64,000 nt of DNA from Diadema antillarum (taxonomy: Eukaryota): assembly GCF_040938485.1 (NCBI RefSeq), contig NW_027271267.1:434001-498000 (forward strand), written 5' to 3'. Position 1 is the first letter of the stretch; every line of letters starts with the position of its first letter. This document shows, one piece after another, positions 13,119 to 25,735 of this stretch. The notes below the pieces were generated by a model. The model was not told the DNA's origin. It made no database searches and saw only the letters and a list, made by a program, of their open reading frames with translations. The translations under genes were made by a program, and so were the position numbers.

Positions 13119-16100
13119 GATGAGGATGATGATGATAATGATGAGGATGAGGATAAGGATGCTGGTGATGATGAGGAGAAGGAGGAGGAAGGTTTGATGA
13201 GGATGATGATACAGTAATGTTGATGAAGATGAATGGCAAGGTCAGTAACAATAATGGTGCCCATACTGCATGTACTATTACATAACTTGTACAAATGTAA
13301 CTACAAATAATGATGAAGTGATAAGCAATGGCAATAGTATGATATATGTGAGAACAGAGTCTAAGGACCACAGAGTTCATAGGTATGTCTTGTGTGTCAA
13401 CTCAGTTTTAATATCTTGTAGGTATCATATGTCATTGCTTATGATGATTGATTATATATCACACACTTTGTTGAACACTTATGGGCTGGAATGTCATTAA
13501 AATGAATGTGTCTGATTTTTAACCTTGGGATTTTACTTTTGCTTTTGTTTTTCTTCTTTTTTTCTCTCTCTCTCGCTTTCCGTCATTTTCTCACTCTCAG
13601 GCAATGCTTCTGTTAGCCTCTAAACTGAATGACAAGAATCTCAACATCGAGCTGCTCAAACACTTTGCCAGACTTCAAGCCAAAGATGAACAGGTAATTG
13701 TCCCCTTTCTCCAATGACCTGCTGATGCATTTCTGACAGAAAATTTATTTGCTATCATGAAACGTGTTATACTGTAGTGATCATCTATCAGGTGTTTATT
13801 TGAAAATTATCTATGACTTCTTTATGGTTTATCAATATTGAAAGAAATGGTGGGAAGGCTATCTGACATAAATAAAATGTAATGCTGATATGGAGGTAAA
13901 CTAACCTCAAATATCTATATATTACTGAGTTTGCAGTAAATTCTATTTTGCACATCGTAACAGTGAGATACATGCAGAATGAGTTTTGAAGAACATGCTT
14001 GACTGAAGTCAATGGAGTCAGAATCACAAATGTGACCAATTCAAAATGTTCGCAAGTCAACTGCAGAAAGAGTACCTCCCATAGCATGGTCCTGATCAGT
14101 TCATTTACACGGAATATGTTTTGATGTTGTAAGGCCACACAATTTAGAATGGGATGTATTCTCATCTAGGACAAAAGTAAAAAAAAAATGATGAATTTAG
14201 CTTTGCCGCAGAAAAAACCCCAAAACGAACAGGGTTTGATTTTATGATTCTCCTCATGCTTTCATGTATCACATTTCAAGATCTTTCATTTCTATATCAA
14301 CTCTTTGTTTCACAGGGAGGGATTAGAACAAATACCACGATATGCCTCGGGAAGATTGCCAGTTACCTGAATCCTGCCGTGAGTATCATCTTACTTCTCT
14401 GTGGCCTAAAAGCGTGCAAATTAAATCTGTTCGACTGGACTTACTTGTGAAAATCACGGAGAGAACAGTTTCATGACTCGTCCGAGTCACTTCTTCAGCT
14501 CTGTCTGGCTGGCAAGCATTCACCAGTGGAGGGTGAATGGGCGATGTTACTGCCTCTATTGTCTGCATGTCGAGGAATTTTGCGGATCGTCGACTTGTAT
14601 GTTGGTAAAAGGTTGTGTCGGAGTGGCCCTCACTCAGAGCAGGAATCCAAAGTTGTGCAAATCAGCCTTCGGTCAAGATGGGTTGCACTTGTGATATCAT
14701 GCAAGGAGATATTTTTATTGTTGCTATGACATTCAGTTTCCTTCTGTATCATCATGATATGAGTGCATTGCATCTTTGACTGATGAGACATGACATGGAT
14801 ATGTCTGATGTAAATCAGTGCTTTGGTACATAGCATTTTGTCTCATGATTTGATAACAGTGTAACGTTCCCTATTTAGGGAATGCAGCAGAAGCACCAAT
14901 ACCAGATTATGAATTAACCCTTTGCTTTCATATTTTACTTCAAAACTATGAAATAACTATTGTAGTATTTTGCAAACGTTTTTCATTTTTACAAAAAATA
15001 TGAATGATGAAATTGTATTTGCAGTATATGAATATGCCAAGTTGCCTGTGAGTATTGACCAGACTAATGGAAGACTGCTCGTTGATTAGAAAAGTTTCAC
15101 AAAAATAGAAACCCTGCAAAATATATGGCGTATACAGAAAATCGTCAATTGTGTATGCACTACATGTAATTTGCTTGCGCTATTCACTTTTGTAGACCAG
15201 ACAGAAAGTTCTATCATCCGCCTTTGTGCGGGCCATGAAGGACCCCTTCCCCCCTGCGAGGACGGCTGGGATCCTCTCCATGATTGCCACCCAGAACTAC
15301 TTCTCGCTGAACGACTGCGCCCTGAGGGTGTTGCCCACCCTGTGCACCCTGACCGTTGACCCCGACCAGGGGGTGCGGCAGAACACCTTCAGGGCTATCA
15401 AGATCTTCCTGGACAAGCTGCAGAAGGTCTCCGACAATCCCGAGCTCCAGGAGGAGATGGGTGAGAAAAGGGCGTCCCCTGCAGCAACTCTCTGCTGTCC
15501 CATTTAAAAATGATTTATTTTTTTCTTATAATTAGTCGTTAAGAATGAGTCTAGGGTAATTACCCCCTGGGCAATTGCCCCGGACCCTTTCCCTGGCCCC
15601 TAATTCTAATCCTAATCCTGAACCTAATCCTAACCCTAACCCAAACTCTAATCCTAAACCTAACCCCCAGCCCTAATCTTTACTCTAACCTCACCACTAA
15701 CCAGTATTTGGAGGGGGGGGGGGGGGGGGGCAATTGCCCTGATACGGTTAAGAATATCATTGAGACGCTTTACCCCTTAACATGCCACATTCAAGTGTGC
15801 GTACACACAGGACACATATATGTTTACATACAGTTTGCCCTGCTCATTTAGAGTCACCGTCAGTACCACTGCGCATGTTTGCTTGTGTATTTGTTTGTTT
15901 TTGTTTGTGTATGTGTTTTTTTCTTCGAGTTGCACAAAGTACTGGAATTTGCCAAGAAGTGATTACCACACAAAACTGTACATTGTGGGATTGAATAACA
16001 GAAATTACTAGTATTATGTGTGTGTTTATTGATAACATTCATAAAGAGTTGTATTGAGCAAACCTTTTTGACCTGAAAAAAAAACACACACACACACTCA

Positions 16101-19100
16101 CCCAAACCCCCCCCCCCCCCCCCCCCCCGAAATTAGACTGTGTGACCATCAAATAGAAACTCTTAGCCTAGCACAATATGGACTGACATCTTGATGCTCG
16201 ACATGTTGCCTCGTGTGCACGCTCAGGTTTAAATGTTACATCGTAACAAAAGAATGCTTTCCATTTCATCTCCTTGTTTCTGTGCCAGAAGGTATAAGTA
16301 TCCTCAGAGATAGATTGAATTACAGGGAAGATTGTTACTCTAAATGTGATGGAAATATATAGTCTCAAAATTGATGAACACCTTGTCTCTTTCATCGTGA
16401 TACATATAGCCACTTTTACATATCCAACATCAATAGGATAGTATGGGACTATCGCTCTGATTGAATTGATTGCAAATACAAATCTGACTGTTCTAACGGG
16501 CCTGTTTTCCATGTGATGCTTATAGAGGCTGATGTAAACAAGGCAGGGATGGCATCCCAGAATTCATCTAGCTGGACAGGATGGGCTGTGACCTCACTGA
16601 CCTCAAGGTTTTACCGAGGCGGGACCAAGCCAAACGAGCCTGCACAGGGTGGTCAAGAGCAAGGCAAGTCTTCTCTGCAACTCCATTAACCCGTTAAAGA
16701 TTAGTCCTGGGTATACTTTGGCAGATGTCCATGGGAAACGTGTGTTATAGCAAAACCAGCTCGTCTTCTTTGCGTTAATAAGAGCTGTCTCATTTTATTT
16801 CAAATATTGTGAAAGCTTTGGGTGTTTTCTGTCTTGAAAATCTACCTCCAAAAGAAACATTCTGCATTCCTCCATCGTTACTTAAGTTTTCATCATCCTT
16901 GCATTGCATGAATGAAATACAGTTTGATTTCAAAACATCATTTTTGTGTTTGAGAATCAGTGGATTTTAGACGTGAAGTGGTTTTGTGTGTATGGCAAAA
17001 AAGAAAAAAAAAATCCTTTATTCTTTTTTCACAATAGAATGATTGGAACTATTTCTGTATAACAACAATGAATTTAGAAATCATTGGCTGTATGGAGATG
17101 TGCTTTTCTCAGTGGTTGTCATCAAACAGTGTTTACAGTGCTGCTGATGTATTTCTGAATGCTGACATTTTCTATTCCAATCTTGTACGATAACCTAGGA
17201 GCAAAGGCGGAGAAGTCGGAAGCAGCCTCTACCAAGAAGAGCGTTGCCCAGGACAAAAGGACGTCTTCGGTTAGGCAAGATGAAGCGGCAGCTCAGGACT
17301 CAGGTTCCGACTATGGCAACGACGATGCTGATGACGACGGATGGAAAGACGGGGACAACTGGGGAGAAATTGAGGTTAGCGGCAGATTACATCAAAACGG
17401 CACTCCCATTAAATTATCATCTGTATATCTTTATGTACTGTATCTGTTCGGCAATAACAGAATTTTGATATAATGGAAACAAAATTGTCTGTCCCAAGGA
17501 CTTGGTTATAACGGGATTCACCTGTACTTGGAAAGAAAAAAAAAACTTTCCGATTACCAGCACAACTTGTTTGCAGATATCTATTTAGCAGGGAAGAAAC
17601 TTCTATGTGTATTAGTCTTGCATGTTCTTGCCGTTCTCAAGGGAATTCCCTTGAGAACTGCACGAACATGCTTGCCGAAACATTGGGATTGGGTAGGCTC
17701 TTTTCAGGGCCAAACACAGAAATAATATGTGGTGCACTGTTAAGCCTTCTACCGTCCAATGAATACTTTCATTATTTATGAACTGCATTCTAGAATATTT
17801 TACAGAGCACAAACAATGAGGTTACTAAGTAATAATGTCGATAATAGTTGAATTACAAACAAGAAGAGGGAAAGGATGCAGAGCAAAATTAAATGGTAGT
17901 GTTCATGTTAGGTTGGCATTCACAGTTAAGAAATGGGCGTCCATGAACTTGATATACATTCCACATAGTGAACACATGCAAGGATTAATACTGGAGCATA
18001 AAATAAGTTAATGCCTGTCTTCATGTATGGGACTTTGTGCAATTTCTGTAAGAAGAGGGATTGTGATGCTTGCAGAGCTACCAAGTCTCACGCATTCTGC
18101 GTGAGACTCAAGCATTTAGGGGCCATCTCACGATTTCTCACGCATGGCACCTATTTTTCTCACGCATCGGGCGAAATCTGCAACTTGGGCCTATAACAAT
18201 GAGCATAGCTCAAAAAATTAAAGTGATAGTTGCAAATGAAGGTATATTTCCCTTTTGTCCTTCAAAATAAGTAAAAAATAGTCACCTAAGTATGCACCTG
18301 ATCTCACCATTAAGAGCTAAAAATTGAAAAATCTCCCTACCGTGGGAGGCCACAGGTAGGAAAAACCCCTCCCACACCCTCGCTCGCGCGCACATTCGCA
18401 TATGCCGAGATGCCAAGTCATGAAAATCTCACTCATAAATTTTGTTTGAACTTGGCATCCCTGTGCTTGGTTCAGTGCTTCGTCATCTTTTTGAGGGTTT
18501 GATATTACAAAAGAAGGAAGTGAATCCAGTTATTACTACATCAGCTGGTAATTGATTCATCCTTACAAACTCTCACTTTAACAGGATGACTCCACTACCA
18601 CTACGCAACGTACCAACACAGATGCTAATGCATGGGACTCACAGGGATGGGGAGATGGTGCTGATGATGACGAGGACTGGGGAAGCCTGGAAACACCAGC
18701 GCCTTCTACTAAACGACCGTCATCAGCGACGTCGACATCGTCGTCAACCAAATCAAAGTCCTCCTCGGCACTTAAGCTCGGTGGAACAAAGAGCAAAGAC
18801 ATTGATTTCAGTGACTGGGGATTAGATGATGCATTAACAGAATCAAAATCCAGCAAGACCGCCTCCAAGCCAGCTAGGTCTTCAGGATCAGCAAAATCAA
18901 CTCCAAAGGGCAGCCCTAAAAAGGCTACCAAGCCTTCGGCTACAAGGACTACAGCCGATTTCGGAGGGTGGGATGACGATGGTGGGGACTGGGGCAGCAT
19001 GGACGCCCAGGGTGACGATGAGGGAGGAAATGCCGGAGATGGTTGGGGAGATGATGACGACTGGGGTGCCATGGAAGAACCATCTGTATCATCCACCAAA

Positions 19101-20287
19101 TCACAGGTGAGATGTTTTGCTTGCCCTTCTCATGCAATGTCATGGAAGTTTTAGATGCTCAAAGTCAAGGTACATCAATCTCCCTTTGTCACAGTCCCTC
19201 AGGAACTTTCAGGGAGGATATATATCTCTCTCTCTCACTGTCTCTCTCTCTGTCCCTCCATATATTCAACTTTGTGTTGATTCTGCATGGAACCGATATC
19301 ACTGAAAGAAGGCTCTTTTTTTGTATACTTTTTTTTTTTTTTGCTCAATGTTTTACAACTGCAAATCAGTTTTTTGAGGACTACTATAAAACCTGAAACA
19401 TTGGGGCATGAAACTTTTGCGAATTGGAGCCAATGACCTCTTTTGTAGCATGAAACTTTTGTAACTGCCACTAGCATTCAGTGTTTTGTGCAGACCAACA
19501 CCTGTGCATTTTACTCTCATGAATTTTCCTTTGGCTCTTCGCAAACTGTGTGAAAGCTTCATGCACATGAACATTTCTGGTTTTAGACATTTCATGCACA
19601 CAAAAATCAAAAGTTTTGTGGACAAGAAAATGCTTCGTTTGACAGTATTACCAAATAGTATGACAATAGACCTGTCTCAGTCACTTTGGGACTGTCATTT
19701 TAATCCATGGAGTGGCCTGTTAGTTACCCACCACAGTTCACCAAGTTGAAATTTCAAGTAAAAGTTTGTATGGAGCTTCTGCACTCCTTTAGACAAAACG
19801 AAACATTAGCTATGTTTTTTACCAAATCAATTGCATGTTCTTTAGATGTGAGGAGAGAGACGATTGATGGCATTGTAGTGATTGTAGTTGTGGATGTGAA
19901 TTAACAAGTTCTCAGCAGAAAAAGAAAATTATATCGTGTCGTTTTGTGCGGTTATAGTCCACAGTTTCTCAGTACCTTGCCATATGAAATGGTGGGAGAT
20001 TTGGCACATATCTGGCTCCTGCTTCATCCACACTTTACTCTCTTTTCGCTGACAGAAGGCATCCAAACCTCCTCCAGGCTGGGGTGATGATCTGGACTTC
20101 TCAGTGGACACAAGCCGTGCACCAGCCAGTAACTACGACTGGGGGCAGGAGCCGGGCACGGGGGATGACTTCTTTGGCAACGTTTCCTCGTCATCGGTGA
20201 GTCGGAGCAAAAATTCACTTCACTACTAGCAGTTAGATGAAGATGATGGTGATGGTGATGGTGATGATGGTGATGACAGTGATGATT

Positions 20288-20322
<35 letters not shown>

Positions 20323-21889
20323 GATAGTATGGTGGTGGAGATGATGGAGATGATGATGATTATGAGGGTAATGAGAATGATGGTAAAGATATGAGATTCT
20401 TTAATATCATGTAGGACTCAGAGAATTATACAATGACATAGATTTCCCATTACCTTGTTACTGCTTTCATGGGAAATTCACCTCAAAGATCATAAATTTA
20501 TGAGAAAGTTGTTCTGGATGAAATCAGAGTAACAGTTAAGCAAGAGATTATTTTCATCAAGAGGTATATTTTCCTTTCTCAATCCCATGCTACTCCAGCA
20601 GTCTAAAGGTAAATCTTCATTGGGAGCATCAAAGCACAGGTCCTCGCCCAGCAAGCAGAAGCCGGTGGCGGCAGTGGCCGACTCCACGTCATGGGGCACC
20701 CAGGACTCTGGGTGGGATGATGACGGCTGGGGCACCATGGCGGCAGATGCGGATGAAGGTGAGCTACGAAATGACCAAATTTAGTCTTGATGTCAAATGA
20801 TGTGACCTTTTATCAGCAGATGTGACCTTTTGTCAGCATTCCCCCTTTGACATGACTTAGGACCACCAGCAAACTCTTATGGATTATTGTGGATGCAAAT
20901 TAAACACAAAACAAAGAGAAAAGCGATATGAAATCCATGGGAGCCATTGTGGCCCCGCGGGTAAAACCATGGCCTTTCAATTTTAAGGTCCTTGTTTTGA
21001 GTCTTCTGGCAGTAGCAGTTTTGAATTCAATGAGTGGAGAAATATTAGTAGTACACTGCACTCTCATCTTAACGAACATGGTCATAACGAAATTCTTTTT
21101 ACAACAAAGTAAAATTCAGGTCTCAAAATTGTCATCTGTGTATCTTTATATACTTTACTGTTCGGCTATAATGAAAGGAAACTGCAGGTCCCGAGAATTT
21201 TGTTATAACCAAAGTTGCCCGTACTGATCATTATGATGTAAGGAAAGTCGGACAAGCCATTCAAGTTTTGGTTCAATCCATGTGCCGTGATTATTAAATA
21301 CAAAGTTTACATCAATTTTAATGTCATGGTAGGATTACGTTGTAAAGAAAACTTAACATATTTTCATTTTTCTTACATTGTGCAAGAGCACTTGATTCCC
21401 CCTTTCACAAGGTAGGGGAAATATCACCCTAGACATATGTCAGCATCAAGTGGAAGGAATGTACACTTTTCAAAACAAATGAGATTTTTTAAATTCTCTA
21501 TATAAGTTTTTGGATTTTTATCCTACACATACTTTGACATCTTGAACTAGTGAAGTCTTCTCATCCAGCAATGGCAGCACCAACATTTTTAAGATTCCAA
21601 ACTGTTGAATGGATGATCAGATTTTTTCCCCCCTCAAACTTCACTGATATGTTCTACTGATATTGCTGTATCACTCAAATCCACACATGACCGAACATAT
21701 TTAGGGTAAATTCCCCACAAAAGATTTAAGTAACCACTTCTCGATCTCATTATCGCAGGGCTGAGCAAAGCCGAGCTGGCGAGGAAGAAGAGGGAAGAGA
21801 GGAAACTGCAGAGAGAAAAAGAGCTGAAGGAAAAGCGAGCGGCACGGAAGGCGGCGGGACCAAGCAAACTTGGCGTCAAGAAAGACTGA
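2178..21889 (+). CDS. SCYL1: SCY1-like pseudokinase 1 (N-terminal kinase-like protein), 18 exons, 969 aa
   Basis: Exons joined by hand with consistent phases: 2178-2291, 5390-5530, 6022-6132, 6783-7009, 7415-7505, 8119-8274, 8926-9084, 10418-10525, 12833-12946, 13601-13693, 14316-14378, 15196-15460, 16526-16663, 17199-17374, 18585-19106, 20056-20196, 20599-20758, 21759-21889 (2910 nt). Starts [17 protein letters not shown]. Contains [12 protein letters not shown], a degenerate catalytic loop ([18 protein letters not shown]), HEAT repeats ([12 protein letters not shown]), WTGWAVTSL, and a C-terminal coiled coil ending KLGVKKD. Confidence 0.96.
4832..4924. mobile_element. About 90-bp TTAA-flanked piggyBac-like MITE, copy A
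   Basis: TTAACCC...GGGTTAA termini; core similar to copies at 5568, 16686 and 51801. Confidence 0.75.
5568..5664. mobile_element. About 90-bp TTAA-flanked piggyBac-like MITE, copy B
   Basis: Termini TTAACCCATTGAG and CTCAACGGGTTAA. Confidence 0.8.
10831..12089 (+). mobile_element. Helentron-associated non-autonomous element (HINE; DINE-1/pearl/Tsp-like) with internal tandem arrays
   Basis: T-tract flanks, 5' subTIR GTCTTGCCC paired with a nearby GGCGAGAC, (GTCC)n microsatellite, and two arrays of about 156-157 bp units (starting near 10911/11247/11403 and at 11511/11667/11824/11981). The 3' subTIR GGGCGAGAC is followed by a short stem-loop and a T-tract. Confidence 0.75.
12990..13230. repeat. 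(GAT)n/(GAG)n low-complexity microsatellite in a SCYL1 intron
   Basis: Degenerate GAT triplet tract starting just after the exon 9 donor. Confidence 0.9.
15554..15746. repeat. Interspersed element with a degenerate (CTAACC)n core
   Basis: GGGCAATTGCCC motifs at both ends, CTAATC/CTAACC repeats and a poly-G run. Confidence 0.55.
16686..16778. mobile_element. About 90-bp TTAA-flanked piggyBac-like MITE, copy C (degenerate)
   Basis: TTAACCCG...GCGTTAA termini with the same internal GTATACT..GGCAG..GTC..TGGGAAA core. Confidence 0.7.
17398..17526. mobile_element. Degenerate fragment of the same Tc1/mariner MITE family
   Basis: Shares the internal core (TGTCCCAAGGACTTGGTTATAACGGGATT..CTGTA) with copies at 43430 and 47146; left boundary approximate. 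Confidence 0.5.
18073..18463. mobile_element. hAT-like non-autonomous element
   Basis: Imperfect TIRs CAGAGCTACCAAG / CTTGGCATCCCTG; TGCTTG direct repeat immediately flanks both ends (6 bp seen, whereas hAT TSDs are usually 8 bp). Confidence 0.55.
20235..20385. repeat. (GAT/GGT)n microsatellite in a SCYL1 intron
   Basis: Degenerate GAT triplet tract. Confidence 0.85.
21052..21224. mobile_element. Degenerate copy of the same Tc1/mariner MITE family
   Basis: TACACTGCACTCTCATCTTAACGAACATGGTCATAACGAAATTC left end; internal similarity to the 17398 copy. Confidence 0.5.
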
Positions 21890-24490
21890 GCGAAAAATTG
21901 TGAAAATCCACAGCTGAAAGTGCAACCTCGCCCACAAGATGCAGTTCCCATTGACATTCTCTGTGGCTTTTCTTATGTGCGTCAGCTGCTGTAACTCAGT
22001 GAGGGAAATATATATCCATTACCCACTTTTAAAACAGTCTATCTGAAATGTATCTTTACAGCAAAGTTGAGGTACCCCTATCTTTTATTGCTGCTTGGAC
22101 AAGTTTGTCAATATAAACAATGAAGTAAGTTAGAAGGCAAATATATTTTCCACTGTCAAATTGAGATTCAGGTATGCCTTTGCACAATCTAGAGTAAGGC
22201 ATCATTAAAAAAAAAAAAAAAAAAAAAATGTTGAAATGAATTATTACAGCATGCTATACATTATTACAATATCTACATATTGACATCTAACACTACAATA
22301 TCTGTGGTGTTTTACATTACTCTGTCGTGACTTTGTTTACAGTGAAATGACTGAACAAAAATGCGACAGATCATTAAAATACTGCAGGTATCACCTCCTC
22401 CTTGCTGAAACAAAGCAAGATCTTGATCCCTCATTCTTTGACAGTGCCACCCAGCCACAGCCGTCCATTTTTGCTAAACCTGCACAACAGAATATGTTCA
22501 TCAAGGTCGACAATTAGTGTAGTCTTTAAAGAATTGATTTGTCTTTTAAGCTAGCCTGATTACAAACACCAGAGAGTGGCACCCACAATGTGATTTGGGG
22601 CGACTGTCTTCAAAGTATGTTACTGGACCCGTGGTGCAATTTTGCAAGTAACAACGTGCAGTGCATGCTTCATTTGAAACAAACCTGCCTAAATGTGGAA
22701 TAATTTGCAAACGATGCGTAAGTGTTATTGTACTTGTATATTGCCCCAAACTACCTATTAATGCATAAGTAATTACTTTTAGTGTGGGGTAAAGTCTAGG
22801 AATTATGATTCAAGGTTTACTTGCCTTATCACACAACGTTGTGTGGATAGCATACTGAACTAGCATATGTGGCTGTACTATGATGATATGTACTGTTGGT
22901 GCTTGTTGAAGCTCGCAGACACGTTAATAGAATTAAACAATAAGTTTGAATTATGAAATTTGTGTTGGAATAGGGATAGGGAATTTTTGCTGTAGTTACT
23001 TTGTTTTAGTGTCCCTTTCCCTCCCTCGTTAAATATCTCTGGTACGGGTGTCATGATCTATAACCCCAATGGGAAAATGATATGGAGCGGATACACACCA
23101 AAACGTATATTTTCACAACAGAATACCATTTTGCCATTTTTAGGTCATTTTGCCTCTGACGAAGATTCTGCTAGGATCGAAAGCTCGGGCCCATTTTGAC
23201 TCCAATGGAATACCATGGTACATGGGCCACTTTTTTGCCTTTTCCGTTCACCTGTTCTGCATTGACATCCCCGACACAAACATTCCTGATAAATAAAGTT
23301 GGATCCCTGTTTAGTTGAAATGTAATGTATTTTGACTCTCTTGCAAGATAACATCTCGTGAAACAAGTCGTGACAGCTTTTGTTTCATTTCATTAGAAAA
23401 GCTGATGTATACTGTCATGATTTGTGCAAAGTATCAGTACTGTACTAGCCATTGCTTGTATCATGTATATACATCTTGAAAAAAGAAAAACAAATGTGTG
23501 AAAGATGATTATCAATCATGTATTGAATTATTTTTGAAATTATCAATAGAATTTCTTCCAATGAATAAGTAAAATTGTACAGTTTATGCTTTTCAGTGCA
23601 TGTCTATACCTCACCTAAGCACATAGATAGACCCAAAGCAGTTGTCAGAAATTACCAACAATGTTTCTTCTTTATGTCTTTCTTGGTTCCTTGTGTACTG
23701 GTTGAGGTTCTTTCTTTGTGGTGGCATAATTATATAATTTGGCAGCAAACAGAAAAATGTTCTTTAACTGTGACTGGAAGCTTGACACATTGCAACTGCT
23801 GCCAAATGAGGAGTTTTCATCGTGTGCTTAGTTTTTAAGCAACACCTGAAACAAAGAAAGAAAGAAAGAAAGAAACAAACAAACAAACAAAGTGTTTCCC
23901 TAGCAACTCTAAAGCCTGCCCAAACTTATCATACCCAGCAACGTCTGGTGAATTCAAATTTGGTCGGACTCAGGTGTCAAGAACAAAATGAATCGAAGGA
24001 TTGGCCTATTGGTCAAATCACTGGTATTGATGCATGAATGAATTATGATACATTACAAAACTCTTTTGTTGTCTTATTGCCAGGTTATATTACTACTGTA
24101 ATGTCACAGATAGATTCTCTCCCCACCGCCACTGAAAAAGTAACATCTAACAACTACATGTACCATCCTGCCCATGATGGCTCTGAATTTTATGTTTTGT
24201 GCATCATTATACTTTTTTTTTTGGTAAACCTTGTGTACTACACTGGTAAATCTGGCTTCATCCCTATATGACATTAAATGTTCATCTTATGCGGTGTTGC
24301 AAAGTTAAGTTGCAAATGATGGCATGTACAATGTATGTCACTGTAATACGAGTCATTTGTGTTGTTGAAAGTATATCACATACTGACCACAACTGGAGAT
24401 TCTTATGTCCAGTGCTTTTATATTAACAACTCTGTTGTTTGTGGGATGGTTATTTTAAATCTAGTACCAGCTGTACAGAAGGGAAACGCT

Positions 24491-24751
24491 ACATATCGTC
24501 GCTGGGGTGACAAGACCTCGTACTGTATCTACAAAATGTCAAATGTTCAGAACCAAAAAACATGGAGGCTAGAGCACTATAGCGAATGGGATAGCCTTTC
24601 CTTTGACATGCCGTGGTGGCTCCATTTTTGGGGTAAGACAGTTGGGATTTGGACAGGACACCACTTAACCTATTATTTGACCATTAATCCAAAATAGTCA
24701 TTTTCACCAAAATTGCCGATACAAGGTCTTGTCACCCCAGCGACGATATGT
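24491..24751. mobile_element. MITE with a perfect 28-bp inverted repeat
   Basis: ACATATCGTCGCTGGGGTGACAAGACCT at 24491-24518 and its exact reverse complement at 24724-24751. Confidence 0.7.
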
Positions 24752-25547
24752 CTTAAGCCAAAATAAAGGCAAGTGGATGAAGATATATTGTATTATCTAA
24801 AGTTCTTATGAAAATATATGTGGAAGCTAATGTATCGAAATGACAAATAAATATAATTGCGTCTAAATTGTGGTCGCAAACTTTCAAATGCTATACTGTA
24901 TGTACGGAGTGGTTTATTCTGATGATTGTGTGTGACTAGAAGTGAGCATTTTGTAAATACAGCTGTATACTGATACATACACATACAATGTAATAAAAAT
25001 TGTAACCGATGCCAGCTATTACATATGAAAAACTTTGTAGAATCCAGTGATGTTAGGACCTTTGCAACGGGATTATCCATACAAATTGTCTTGTCATTTT
25101 TCCCGTTCCAGATGACTTGGTCTTTAAACTTTCAGCAACAGGAAATTATTTATATGAGTACTTTCTTCTCTTTCATCATGATTAGTTTATTGCAACATAC
25201 ATTGCAGTACAACATACATTGCAGTACAACAAAAAAATCGTCAGGGAGCTTCGCATCTTATATGACACTTTTTTTTTTCAATATATCCTCAAGGAAACAC
25301 ATGTACATTTTACGACTCAATCATTCAAATAATATTTGAGTATACATGGGATTTGTCCCAGGATTCCAGCCCCTCTGATTCCCTTTTAAAAGGCAAGAGA
25401 AGCTTGCATTGATTTGCATATCTTACACTTTCTATGCCTCTTACACAACATGTGTCTAGGCTCTGTTCATAGGAATACTGTAATAGCTGGCTCCATATAC
25501 CGACATCTAAGTGTGGTGACAGCATTTAGTGTATGCTGTCTGCACAA

Positions 25548-25735
25548 TACAGTGGACTCCCGTTATAACGAAGCCCTTGGGACCGGCAATTTTCTTTGTT
25601 TTATCGAAATTTCATTATAACTGAACAAATAAACAAAAAAAAACATAGAGAGGATAATGCTGCGGCCTGAATTTTTATTTCATTGTAACCGGAATTTCGT
25701 TATAACCGTGTTCTTTATAACGGGAGTGCGCTGTA
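25548..25735. mobile_element. About 190-bp Tc1/mariner-type MITE (TA-flanked)
   Basis: TA-CAGTGGACTCCCGTTATAA ... TTATAACGGGAGTGCGCTG-TA; same family as 37669, 43430 and 47146. Confidence 0.8.

Noticed and set aside
12970-13380. Poly-His, poly-Asp, poly-Met and poly-Ser ORFs
   Set aside because: They are translations of an intronic (GAT)n microsatellite and are not needed in the SCYL1 model.
22207-22228. A22 run after the SCYL1 stop as a poly(A) tail or retrocopy mark
   Set aside because: It is a genomic homopolymer in an intron-containing gene with no canonical AATAAA just upstream.
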